From the NCBI GenBank assembly GCA_024679065.1, contig JAGIQG010000009.1, positions 92,132,001 through 92,196,000 on the forward strand: DNA of 64,000 nucleotides, given 5' to 3'. Every line of letters begins with the position of its first letter. Position 1 is the first letter of the stretch. A program made the position numbers and the translations under genes. The notes beneath the pieces were generated by a model. The model searched no databases and had not been told where the DNA came from. It saw only the letters and a program-made list of their open reading frames with translations. Below are positions 12,001-24,000 of this stretch, piece by piece. Origin of the DNA: Sphyrna mokarran (lineage: Eukaryota).

Positions 12001-15000
12001 GGATGCAGCTGAGCCATTGCAGCACATTTCTGTGGTTCTGGATTCACATGTAGACCTGACCAAGTAAATGACATTAGTGTATGAGTTGGGTTTTTTTCCC
12101 TGACAATCAACAACAGTTTCATGGTCATCAGTAAATTCTTAAATACAGAATTTTTTGAATTCAAATTCCACCATCTGCCATGACGGGATTCAAACCTGGG
12201 TCCCACAAACATTAGTTGAGTTTTTGGATTAATAGTCCAGTGATAATATCACTAGGCCATGTTCCTAACAGACACTCAATGTTCGGTTTTCAGAGATCAA
12301 GCTGGGAGAGTTCTAAATTCTGTCTTGGCATACACAGAAGCATAGAAAATAAATGAGACACTCCAACTAAATGCATGGATGAGGGATTGGTGTAGGGCAG
12401 AAGGCTTCATATTTATTGATCATTGGGAAGTCTTCAGGAGGGAGGGTCACCTATTCACGAGGGATAGGGAGCAGTTGACTGGGAGGGGAACACATATTTT
12501 AGCTGGGAGGTTAGCTGGAGTGTTTCAGAAATGTTTAAACTAATAGGGAGGGAGGGTGGGGAGACAGCGGGAACTGGGAGTGGGATAGAGAGGGATGATA
12601 GGGTAACACCAGAAGGTAGAAAGGAATATCCAAGAGCTGAGGGTCTTCAGTGCATGTGTTTTAATGCGAGGAGTGTGACTGGCAAAACAGATGAACTGAA
12701 GGCAATAATGTTCACGAGGAGTTTAGACGTGGTGGCGGTGACCGAGACGTGGTTGAAGGAGGGGCAAGACTGGCAATTGAATATTCCAGGGTATAAGTGT
12801 TTTAGGTGTGACAGAGTTGGTGTGAAGAGAGGCGGGGGAGTGGCTTTATTAGTTAAGGACAACATCATAGCAGTGCAGAGGGAGAGAGGTATGGATGATT
12901 TAGGAATTGAGTCTCTATGGGTGGAGTTGAGGAATAGGAAGGGAGTGGTTACTCTGTTGGGTGTTTACTACAGACCGCCCAACAGCCCGCAGGCTGCGGA
13001 AGAAGGGATATGCAGGGACATTTTAGATAAGTGTAGGAAAAATAGGGTGGTAGTGGTGGGAGATTTCAATTTTCCTGGAGTAGATTGGAGTGTGCCCAGG
13101 GCTGTAGGAGTGGATGGGGAGGAATTTGTACAGTGTGTTTTGGAAGGGTCCTTGGAGCAGTATGTGGATGGCCCGACTAGAGAGGGGGCTATACTGGATT
13201 TGGTTCTGGGGAATGAGCCAGGCCAGGTGGTTGACGTCGAGGTAGGAGAGCAGGTGTCAAATAGTGATCACAACTCTGTCTGCTTTAGGATATTAATGGA
13301 AAAGGACGAGACTGGCCCAAAAGGGAGGGTATTTAACTGGGGGAGGGCTAGATACGGCCAGATTAGGCAAGATCTTAAAGATACGGACTGGGATAAGCTT
13401 TTTGAGGGCAGGTCGACGAGGTACATGTGGGAGTCTTTCAAGGGAAAACTAAACTCTCTGCAGGAAAGATATGTGCCGGCAAGGAGGAAGGATGGGAAAG
13501 GTAGGATTAGAGAACCTTGGCTTACCAGGGAGATTGAGGACTTGATCAAGAAAAAGAGAGAGGCTTACATTAGATCTAGGCAACTAGGGACTGAGATAGC
13601 GCTGGAAGCTTATAGAGATTGTAGACGGGATCTTAAAAGGGGTATTAGAAAGGCAAAAAGGGGCCACGAGGTGGCTCTGGCAGGTAGGATTAAGGAAAAT
13701 CCAAAGGCATTTTACACCTATGTAAGGAGCAAAAGGATGGTTAGAGGCAAGATTGGACCTCTTAGGGACAGAGGAGGGGATCTATGCTTAGAGCCTGAGG
13801 GAATGGGGGAGATCCTGAATGAATACTTTGCGTCGGTATTCACGCAGGAGACTGGACAGATGTCTGTGCCTGATGTTGACAAAGTTGAGGATTGGTTGAG
13901 GGAAATAAGGATTACGAGGAAAGAGGTGTTGGGGCTGTTAGGCAGCTTAAAGACATATAAAGCTCCGGGGCCTGATGGCATTTACCCCAGGCTGCTAAGG
14001 GAGTTGAGGGAAGACTTGGCTGGGCCTCTGACGCAAATCTTTGTCTCTTCCTTGGACACAGGTGAGGTCCCAGAGGACTGGAGGATAGCAAACGTAGTAC
14101 CGTTTTTTAAAAAAGGTCAGAGGGATCACCCAGGGAACTATAGGCCGGTGAGCTTGACTTCAGTTATAGGTAAGCTAATGGAGAGGATCCTTAGGGACAG
14201 GATGTATGAGCATCTGGAGCGCTGCGATCTGATCAGGGATACGCAGCATGGCTTCGTCAAGGGGAAGTCTTGTCTTACAAATCTAGTGGAATTTTTTGAA
14301 GAAGTGACAAAAACAGTTGATGAAGGACAGGCTGTTGATGTCGTCTACATGGATTTCAGTAAGGCGTTTGACAAGGTTCCTCATGGTAGACTGATAGAGA
14401 AGGTGAAGGCGCATGGGATACAGGGCCGGGTATGTAGATGGGTCGAGAACTGGCTCGGGAGGAGGAGACAGAGGGTAGTAGTGGAAGGCTCTTTTTCCGA
14501 CTGGAAGCCTGTCACTAGTGGAGTGCCACAAGGCTCAGTACTAGGTCCTCTTCTATTTGTGGTCTACATAAACGACTTGGAAGTAGGGGTAGGTGGTGAG
14601 ATCAGCAAATTTGCTGATGACACCAAGATGCTTGGATTGGCGGGTACAGAAGAGCAGTGTCAGGCAATACAACAGGACATAGACAGGTTGGTAGATTGGG
14701 CAGATAGATGGCAAATGGAATTTAATCCGGAAAAATGCGAGGTGATGCATTTTGGCCGGAAAAATGTAGAAGAGAATTATAGGATAAAAGGTAAAACTAT
14801 ACGGAGCATAGAGACGCAGAGAGACTTGGGGGTGCAGGTTCACAAGTCTCTGAAGGTGTCCTCACAGGTGGAGAAGGTGACAAAGAAGGCGTATAGTATG
14901 TTAGCTTTCATAGAAAAGGGTATAGAATATAAGAGTAGGAGTTTGATGTTGCAGTTGTATACAACTTTGGTTAGGCCTCACTTGGAATACTGCGCCCAGT

Positions 15001-18000
15001 TCTGGTCTCCGTACTATCGGAAGGATGTGGAGTCCTTGGAGAGAGTGCAGAGGAGGTTTACCAGGATGCTGCCTGGTATGGAAGGACTGTCCTATGAGGA
15101 ACGATTAGATAGACTGGGGTTGTTTTCCCTTGAAAGACGTCGGCTTAGAGGGGATCTCATAGAGGTGTATAAGATTATAAGGGGTATAGATAGAGTAAAT
15201 GGAGGTAAACTTTTTCCACCTTTAGAAATGGATAGGACGAGAGGTCATGGCCATAGGGTGAGGGGGGCTATGTATAGGACGAATATTAGAGGGCAGTTTT
15301 TCACACAAAGGGTAGTGGGGGTGTGGAATGCACTGCCGAGTAAGGTGGTGGGAGCAGGCACGCTGGGGCTGTTTAAGGGTCTCTTGGACAGCCACATGAG
15401 CGGTATGCAGATAGAGGGATATATTAGGACTGTTTAACTACGGCTTTTTTCCACAGGTAATTCGGTCCATAATTTGAGCACGCATTCGGCAGGTGGTGCG
15501 GGTACAGCTCTTGGATGTTGATTCATGGGTTGCCTGGTACCTCATGTCGTATATGAGTGCTTTATGTGGACCATCTGAAGGGCACCATGACAGCTCAGAG
15601 ACTATCGATGTGGCTGTGCAGACACTTGGAATTGGGCCGGTGTCTGCGGGAGTTTGCGCGTTCTCCCCGTGGTTGCGTGGGTTTTCTCCGGGCACTCCGG
15701 TTTCCTCCCACAACCCAAAAATTCGCTCTTAGGCTGATTGGGTAACAAATTGTCCCTATGGTGAAAATTTTCCATATTAGGAAATGATAAATAAATGCTT
15801 AATAAAAAAAAAATAGGAGCAGGAGTGGGGCAATCAGCCCATCTAGCATGCTCTGCTTTCTGTTATGATCATCCAACTCAATATCCTCCACAAATGGAGA
15901 CATAGAATTATGGATTAAACACCACTCCTCACACCTCGTAACACATATATATTCAAAGTTGGTCACAAGCTATTTGTGAACAAGGAAGTGGCTTAATTAA
16001 GTGTGTAATCATATACCATTTTCCTTTATGGAATACTTTATTTCAGGTAACAAAGGGACAATGCTGGCAATTTACATTAAATAAATGGATTGTGGAAAGT
16101 ACACACAGACAGCCAGTGATACTGAGAAATTGAAAACAAACTGGCCTTTTCTCTCCTTGTTATCTACAGTTTTGCACTTTAGCTGAGATCTTGACTCTGA
16201 TTGGCACTCCCTCCATTCTCACCACCTGAAATTTTAAAACTTTCCCCCTCTACAGATATTGCCAGAACTTCTGAGCCTTTCCAGCATTTTGCTGTTTAGA
16301 TTTCTGCTTTGTTGCTTACTGCTGTAATGCCCGTCCCATTTAATTTACAAAAAAACTAATGATTTTGTCTTCATATCAAAGGATAAGTTTCCTTCTTAAA
16401 GGTGTACATCTCGGGCACTTTGAAGGAGATTGCATCTATTTATGATGCTTTCAGTATAGCTTCAAGACATTGAACACTAACAGGCTAATCGTATGTACAA
16501 TGAATGATTAAGTTTTACCTTTGTTTATTCATGAAAGAAGTGGGCTTATATCAACATTGCAATGAAGTTACTGTGAAAATCCTCTAATCGCCATACTCTG
16601 GCACTTGTTCAGGTATGATGTGGAGATGCCAGCATTGGACTGGAGTAAACACAGTAAGAAGTCTGACAACACCAGTTTAAATCCAACCGATTTATTTGAT
16701 AGTGAACTCACAAGCTTTTGAGCTTTCCCTCATCATCAGGTGACTGGAGAGTTCTCACCTCAGACAGAGCATATAACAGCACAAACAGTTTACAGATTAC
16801 TGATTAGAATACAAGTCTTTACACCTGACCTGCTATTCAAGTCTTAAAATGGCTAACAATGTGAGTGGAAGGAGCAGTGAGCACAGGTTAAAAAGATGTG
16901 TATTGTCTCCAGACAGTACAGTAAATGAGTTTTGATAGTAAGACATGCGGGATCATTGACATGGATAACATCATCACATATGAGAATACCATCCACCAGG
17001 AACATGGCACATACTCTTGCAACTTGGCCAACATTGTCTGCCTAATATGTTGCAAGAAAGAATGTCCCGAAGCATAGTACATTGGGGTGACCGTGCAGAC
17101 ACTATGACAATGAATGAATGAAAATTGCTCGACAATCACCAGGCAAGACTGTTCACTTCCTGTTGGCGAAAACTTCAGTGCTCACAGGCATTTGGCCTCC
17201 GACCTTCGGGTAAGCATTCTCCAAGGCGGCTTTCATGACACACGACAGCGCAGAGTTGCTGAGCAGAGACTGATAGCCAAGTTCCACACACGTGAGGATG
17301 TTCTCAACAGAGATCTTGGGTTCATTTCGCACTATCGGTAACCCCCATGACTTGCCTGGGTTTGCAAAACCTCACTGACTGTTCTGTCTGGAGACAATAC
17401 ACATCTCTCTAACCTGGGCTTAATGCTCCTTCCACACACATTGTTAGCCACTTTAAGACTTGAATAGCAGGTCAGATGTAAAGATTCGCATTCTAACCAG
17501 TAATCTGTAAACAGTCTGTGCTGTTATATACTCTGTCTGAGGTCAGTACTCTCCAGTCACCTGACGAAGAGGGAAACCTCGAAAACTTGTGAGTTTACTA
17601 TCAAATAAATCGGTTGGGCTAAACCTGGTGTTGTCAGACTTAGGTATACTGAGGGAGAATTTAGCACGACCAGTTGTCCCAACCAAGGCACCTTTCAGAC
17701 TATGGGAGGAAAATCCACACAGGTAAGGGAAAACGTGCAGACTCCCCACAGATGGTGACCCAACCAGGAATTAAACCCAGGCTCTTGGACTGTGAGGCAA
17801 CTATATAACTAACCACTATACTACTGTGCAACTGCATGTTAAGATATGCTTCTGCTGGGGCAGAAAGTGGACTGAGCTCATTCTCGTATTAAAGCAGAGA
17901 ATGAGCTCAGAAATCTATTAATAGATTTCTGATTAACAGTAACTTAAAGAGTTGGTGAGATGCTAGATGTCTAAGGAATTGAAGTTTCCGATCTAGCTAT

Positions 18001-21000
18001 GATCATATTAAGTGTTGGAGCAAGGTTGATGGGCAGAATGGCCTCCTCTTGTTCCATGTTGCTGACAAGTGTTCACATACACAGTAAATTTGACCATGGT
18101 TTCGGGTTTTTAAATGCAGCTTTCCAATAGTGGCTCACAAACGTTCTGATTCCTCAAAGAGGCAGTGCACTTTGCAATATGGCTACATTTTCACACAACA
18201 CTAGCTCAGCTTCAGGTGTCCAGCCTGTTCGGATGAACTGTCAATATCCAAAAATGGGACTTCAGCCTAACCACAGGAGAGACTCATTCCCTCCTCCCCC
18301 CCATCCCCTTCCTTTTGTAGACCCTGCCTTATGATTAATCATTGGAATGCACACTCCAAGTAACTTAATTGTTTGTTTCTTCAGTGAAAAATGAGAGGAA
18401 TTTCCCCGATCCTGAATCACATCCAAATTGCAGATTAGCAAATCCGGAGGAAAGAACACCACGGGGGTTGGGGGGAGAGAGTGTCTATTGAGATCAAATA
18501 CAATGACCGACAAGAGATGAAAGACAGTCTATCTGTCAGATGGAGACAATTTTTGATTTGACTTGACTTATGATGTATGGTACACAGTGAAAAATAATTA
18601 GAGATAACCAAAAGTAATTACAGACAACCCAGGAATGTCACTGAGGAGAGAGGTAGGGTGAGGCTTGATTGATGGAAAGAGGCGATAAAAACTGTAAGTT
18701 AGAGAGACAGAAAAAGGAGCAAGAACAGTGAAAGTCATAGTGAAAGAGAAAACAGAAAAGAAAAATGTAGATAGAGAATGAAACACAAGATGAAGCTATA
18801 TGAAACTTTTCTTTAGGCAGCATTTGGAGTATTACGTGCAGTTCTGATCACCAAACTGTCAGAAGGAAGAAGACTGTTTGGAGAGAGTGCAAAGAAAGTT
18901 CACCAGAGGTCTCGAGGTTATTGGCTCTGACAAGAGGTTGAATAAGCTAAGATTATTTTCACTAGAAATACAAAGGCTTAGTGGTCGTCTGACAGAGGTC
19001 TACAAAATTATGAGAAGCATAGGCAGGATGGATAGTCAAAGGCTTTTTCCAAAGGTAGAGTTGTCAATTCCGAGGAGGCACAGGTTCAAGGTGAGAGAGG
19101 CAAAGTGTAAGGGTGATTTTTTCTCAGAATGGTGGGTGCCTGTAACGTGCTGTCAGAGAAGGTGGTGAAAGCAGGCATATTTAAGAGGCATCTAGGTGGA
19201 TACATGAATTGGGAGGAAATATAGCATACAAACTGATCAATGGACTTCCTTAAGTTTAGGTTTTTTAAACTTAGGCAGGGCGTCATGGTGGAAACAGGCT
19301 TGGAGGGCTGAAAGGCTTTTTCATGTGCTGTAATTTTCTTTATTCTTTGTTTTGTTCTTTCAAGAAAGGGCTAGATCAGGATAGAGAAAGAACAATACAG
19401 AGCAGTAAGAGGAATAGTTTACTTTGGCCTGTTAGGGATGTGGGATTCGTTGGTTAGGTCAGTACTTATCGCCCATCCCTAGTTGCCCTTGAGATAGTGG
19501 TGGTGAGCTGCCTTCTTGAACCACCACAGTCATAGTCATATAGGTGCACCCCAGTGCTATTTGGGATGGATCCCAGAATTTTGACTCAGTAACGGTAGAA
19601 ACAGCAATACATTTCCAAGTGAAGATGGTGAATGATTTTGAGGCGGACATCCAGTTGGCAATGTTCCAACATTTCTGCTGTCTAGATGGTAGAGTCATGG
19701 ATTTAGAAGGTACTGTTGAAGGAGCCTTGGTCAGTTGCTGCAGTAAATCTTTTATATGGTGTACAATGCATTGGTGTTGGAGGATGTGAATGTTTAAGCT
19801 TGCAGTCATGGCTTTTTCAGAACGGCGTTGCACTTGAGTGTTGTTGGAGCTGCACTCATCAAGGCAAGTGGAGAGTATTCTGTTGCTCTCCTGATTTGTG
19901 CCTTGTACAATGGTGGAATGGTTTTTGAAAGCCAGGAGTTGAGTTACTCATCACAGGATTCCTAGCCTCTGATCTGTTCCGGTAGCATCCCACATTCTCA
20001 CAATACATGATATGAACAAGTTATTCCTCAATTGAAATTGAACTGATCTCGTTTCAAATTCTGCATTTATGAAAATCTATTTCATTTAGCTTGAGGACAT
20101 AATTTGCTCTGTAAGGAAATGCAAAAAAAAAGTCTCTTTCAAGGAAAGATTATACTGGTGCTAAGTTCTCTGAGTGCAAGTTCAACAACTAAAACAGGCC
20201 AATCAGCATCATCACATGGATCCTGCTTGACAAAGCAGTCTAATGGCTGACAAAACTACATCATAAAGTAATTCACTAAATTTATGACTGTTCAAAGTTC
20301 TGTTTACAATTGGCATTTACTGTGTCACTTTACAGTTCATTTCCAAGGTACCCTGTTTTATGATTTTTGAGCATAACCTACAGCTAGAAAACTGAAATCC
20401 ATATGTGTAGGGCACAGGCAATCCTCCATATTCCATTGATCTCTAATTCAAATAAATGTAACAATAGTCACTGCTCACTCCATGCCTAAATTATGTTCTC
20501 ACATTAAATAGCCATTCCTCAAAACATTACAGAGTGAGTACATTGCAGGATTGAAACTGACAAAATTCCTATTCTTTTCCAGGGGTTCTCGTGGAGGTAC
20601 CATTGCCCACTCTCTGAAGGATGCAATGCATTGGGTGCAATGTTGTGACATTAGGCTGCTTAGAGACCGTGTTCAGGATATATGTCCCTCTGCAACAATT
20701 GTTTCTTTATTCTGCTGTTAACATGGAATTTGAACCAATGCTTTGTGATATTAATGCTATTGTTGCCACTCTGATTGCCTTTTATTCTATCAGATTTTTA
20801 TTAATTTGTTGACCAATATGATGGGAAGCCATGTTCCTGTCACAATGAGCACAGCAGATTATTGAAGGGGAAGAGAGCCATGTTCCATGAAAGATTAATT
20901 AATTCTAACATGTTGTGGTTCAGGTCAGAAACTCAGAAGTGTTTTATGGAGCCTAGTCATAAGTTTTGCATTTTGAATTTGGTCAGGATAAGCATTACAG

Positions 21001-24000
21001 GTTTCACTTCAGGTATGATTCAAATGACCCATTTATCAAACAAAGTTTATTTCGGAATATTGTTATCATGCACGGAAGGAAAATTAGCAATAGCTTTAAT
21101 CAATTACAAACAAAAACAAAACACCCACAATAATGTATAACCCTCAAAAAATAGGTCTAAGATGTTCCAATGAAAACCAATCCCATAAACGTCCCTTTAA
21201 ACAGATTCAACACAACAAAGACTAATGCTTATGTAATACTGGAATTGTGTCCTTTGGGTGAATTCTGCAGTTCTCTTGACAAACTCAGAATAGTTTGAAG
21301 TCAGAATAACTTCCCAAAACATCAGAGAGAGCAGGTAGTCAAGCCACCAATGTACAATCTTTCCTTCAGGAAGAAAAGATGCATTTCTTTCAGCCAGGGA
21401 GATGGAGAGCCTTTTTTCAGCTTTGTGCTGCTTCTGAAACTAAACACTGCTGTTCAAGACTTAAAAAAGAAAGAGCTACTGTTGCCTGACCTGCAAACAC
21501 ATTTTCCTCTAACAATGCAGGGTCAGAAAACTAATTCCATAGTAAAAATTAATAACCCCATTAAGCCACTTAAGGAGCAATAAAAGGATCTCTCCAGCCA
21601 ACTTGGCATTAATGACATCAGCTGAGAGCAACAGAGAATATGATTAAAAAAACTCTTAAAGGTACACTAACATCACAGACACAAAGCACAGGAATTTAGG
21701 CTAACAACAAGGAAAATCCTTAGCCCATCAGTATCCAGTGGTCCCAGAGGCCTTGGCCCAATTGGGCTTTTTGATTTTTTCAGTTACTTTAAAACTTTGC
21801 TCCTTTGAACCTGTGTTTGCTGGTCACATGGTGGCTATCAGCTTTGCGGTCCTCCTTGGAGACCCTTCAAGGAGATCCAGTTTGGGAACTCCTGCTCAAT
21901 GCTTTGTAATTGTGGGGCAATGCCATAGTAAGTTGACAGAAACTTCCCGTTGCTGAGTGATTAAGTTAAAAGTTGAGTAGATCGATTAGATGATTGAAGT
22001 AATTTATTCAAATCATCTTTATCTTGAAAACAAAAATCAACTTGGAAGTGGATAGAATTTGCTCATTTTGCCATCACCACATTGATGTAAATCGTGAGCA
22101 AAGACATTTTCCTGTTTAAAGTATTTGGGATTGGCCTATCATTTCAAACTCTTTCCCAACTTGTTCCATGAGCTGATGTTCTTAATGTTTGATTTGTCAA
22201 TGAGAATGTTCTCTCTTTTAAAATTTGTCCTAGGGTCTCATTCTCTGCTCTATCAGTACATCCTGAACCATGGGTTTTCGCATCTCCCACAGTGTAGTTT
22301 TATAGGGTTTTTGGATGGCTGCGAGACAGATTATTATGACAACACTCTCAGCATAGCCATTCCAAGGCAAAAATGGTTGGCAGAAGCATTTGACAAGAAT
22401 TTCTGGAAAGAGTTCACCGTAACTATAAAAAGTTTCCACGGAATCATCAAGGAACAGTTTGACACTTGGTTGCAGGAGAACAACCAAACAGCAAGTAAGT
22501 TAATCAATTTTAGGTCAATGGAGGGACTAATGGGCATTTTTATTAACTTTGGGGTTTAGTGAGTCACCCATTATACTACTGGCCTGAATTCCAGTGCGGT
22601 TGATATTCCCACATTCTCGTTTGCTTCTCACGGAATCGCAGAATGGTTATCGTACAGAAGATGGTCCTTTGACCTATCATCTCTGCAATGGATCTCCAAT
22701 TGAGTAACTCATCTCATACCAATGCCCCCGAAATACTTCTCTCCAGAACCCTGCACTTGCTTCCTTTTCAAGATAGTAGTTTCATTCCTCTTTGAATGCT
22801 TCAAGTGAATCCACCTTCACCATACTCTCAGACAGAACATTGCAACACCTAATAACTCACTCCGCAAAAGTATTTCTCCTTGCTTCTTTTATTAATTACA
22901 CTAAATCTGTGTCCTTTCTTTTTGTATCCTTCCATCAGTGAGAAGAGCTTCTCCCTATCTATTCTGTCCAGACCTCTTGTGATTTGGAATTTTCTCTCAA
23001 ACATTTTCCCAGAACAAACTGTTCAAACTTATCCAATTTATCTTCATAATTGAACCTCCTCATCCCTTGAAATATTTTTGTAATACTTTCTGCACCATCT
23101 CAAATGTACTCGAAGTTGGAAGCTGAGGCCAAACTGGTTACATCAGCAAATTTAGGGTAACATCCGATATAATATCCTCCCATCATTAAAACCCAAGGTA
23201 CCATCTGCTTTATTTACTGCTCCTGTGATGGATGGCACAGTGGCACAATAGTTAGTACTGCTGCCTTACAGTGCCAGGGACCCTACTTTGATTCCCAGCT
23301 TTAGTGATTTTCTGTGTATAGTTTTCATGTTCTCCCAGTGTGGGTTTCTTGTGGGTGCTCTGGCTTCCTCCCATGCTTCAAAGTTGTGTGGGTTAATCTT
23401 GATTGACTGTGTTCAATTGACTCTTGAGTGTCAGGGGTATTATCATAGTAAATCCATGGGGTAAAAGCAAAATACTATGGAACCTGAAACCAAAACAGAA
23501 AATGCTGCAAAATCTCAGCAGGTTTGACAGCAACTGTGGAGAGAGAATAGAGCCAATGTTTTGAGTCTGAATGACCCTTCATCAGAACTATTGTCTTTTT
23601 TCAGAACAGTTCTGAGAAAAGGCCATCTAGACATGAAAAGTTGACTCTATTCTCTTTCTACAGAAGCTATCAGAATTACGAAGATTTTTCAGACTTTTCT
23701 AAATACATGGTGTTATGGGGATAGCAGCTGGGTTGTTGTCAGTGTAGCTTCAATGGGCTGAATGGCCTCTGCACTGCACTCCATCTGCACTGTAGGGTAT
23801 ACCATGAATTTAAGAAACCTGCCACTTTCATTACTAAACACCCAGGTCATTCTGATTTTAGTTTACATTGATTTAGTAATGTAATAAGTAAACTTACATT
23901 AACACTGCAATGAAGATACTGTGTAAGTTCCCAAGTTGTCATGCTCTGGCACCTGCCCAGGCATACTGAGGGAGAATTCACCATGGCCACTTCATTTAAC

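Larger units (their letters stand above)
12352..15809 (+). mobile_element. Young CR1-clade LINE, 5'-truncated in ORF1, intact ORF2, A-rich 3' end, 6-bp TSD AAAATA
   Basis: TSD AAAATA at 12346-12351 and 15810-15815 splits an older CR1 tail (catagaaaata^ggagcaggag). ORF1 C-terminus is 12352-12543, ORF2 is 12531-15437. Confidence 0.93.
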
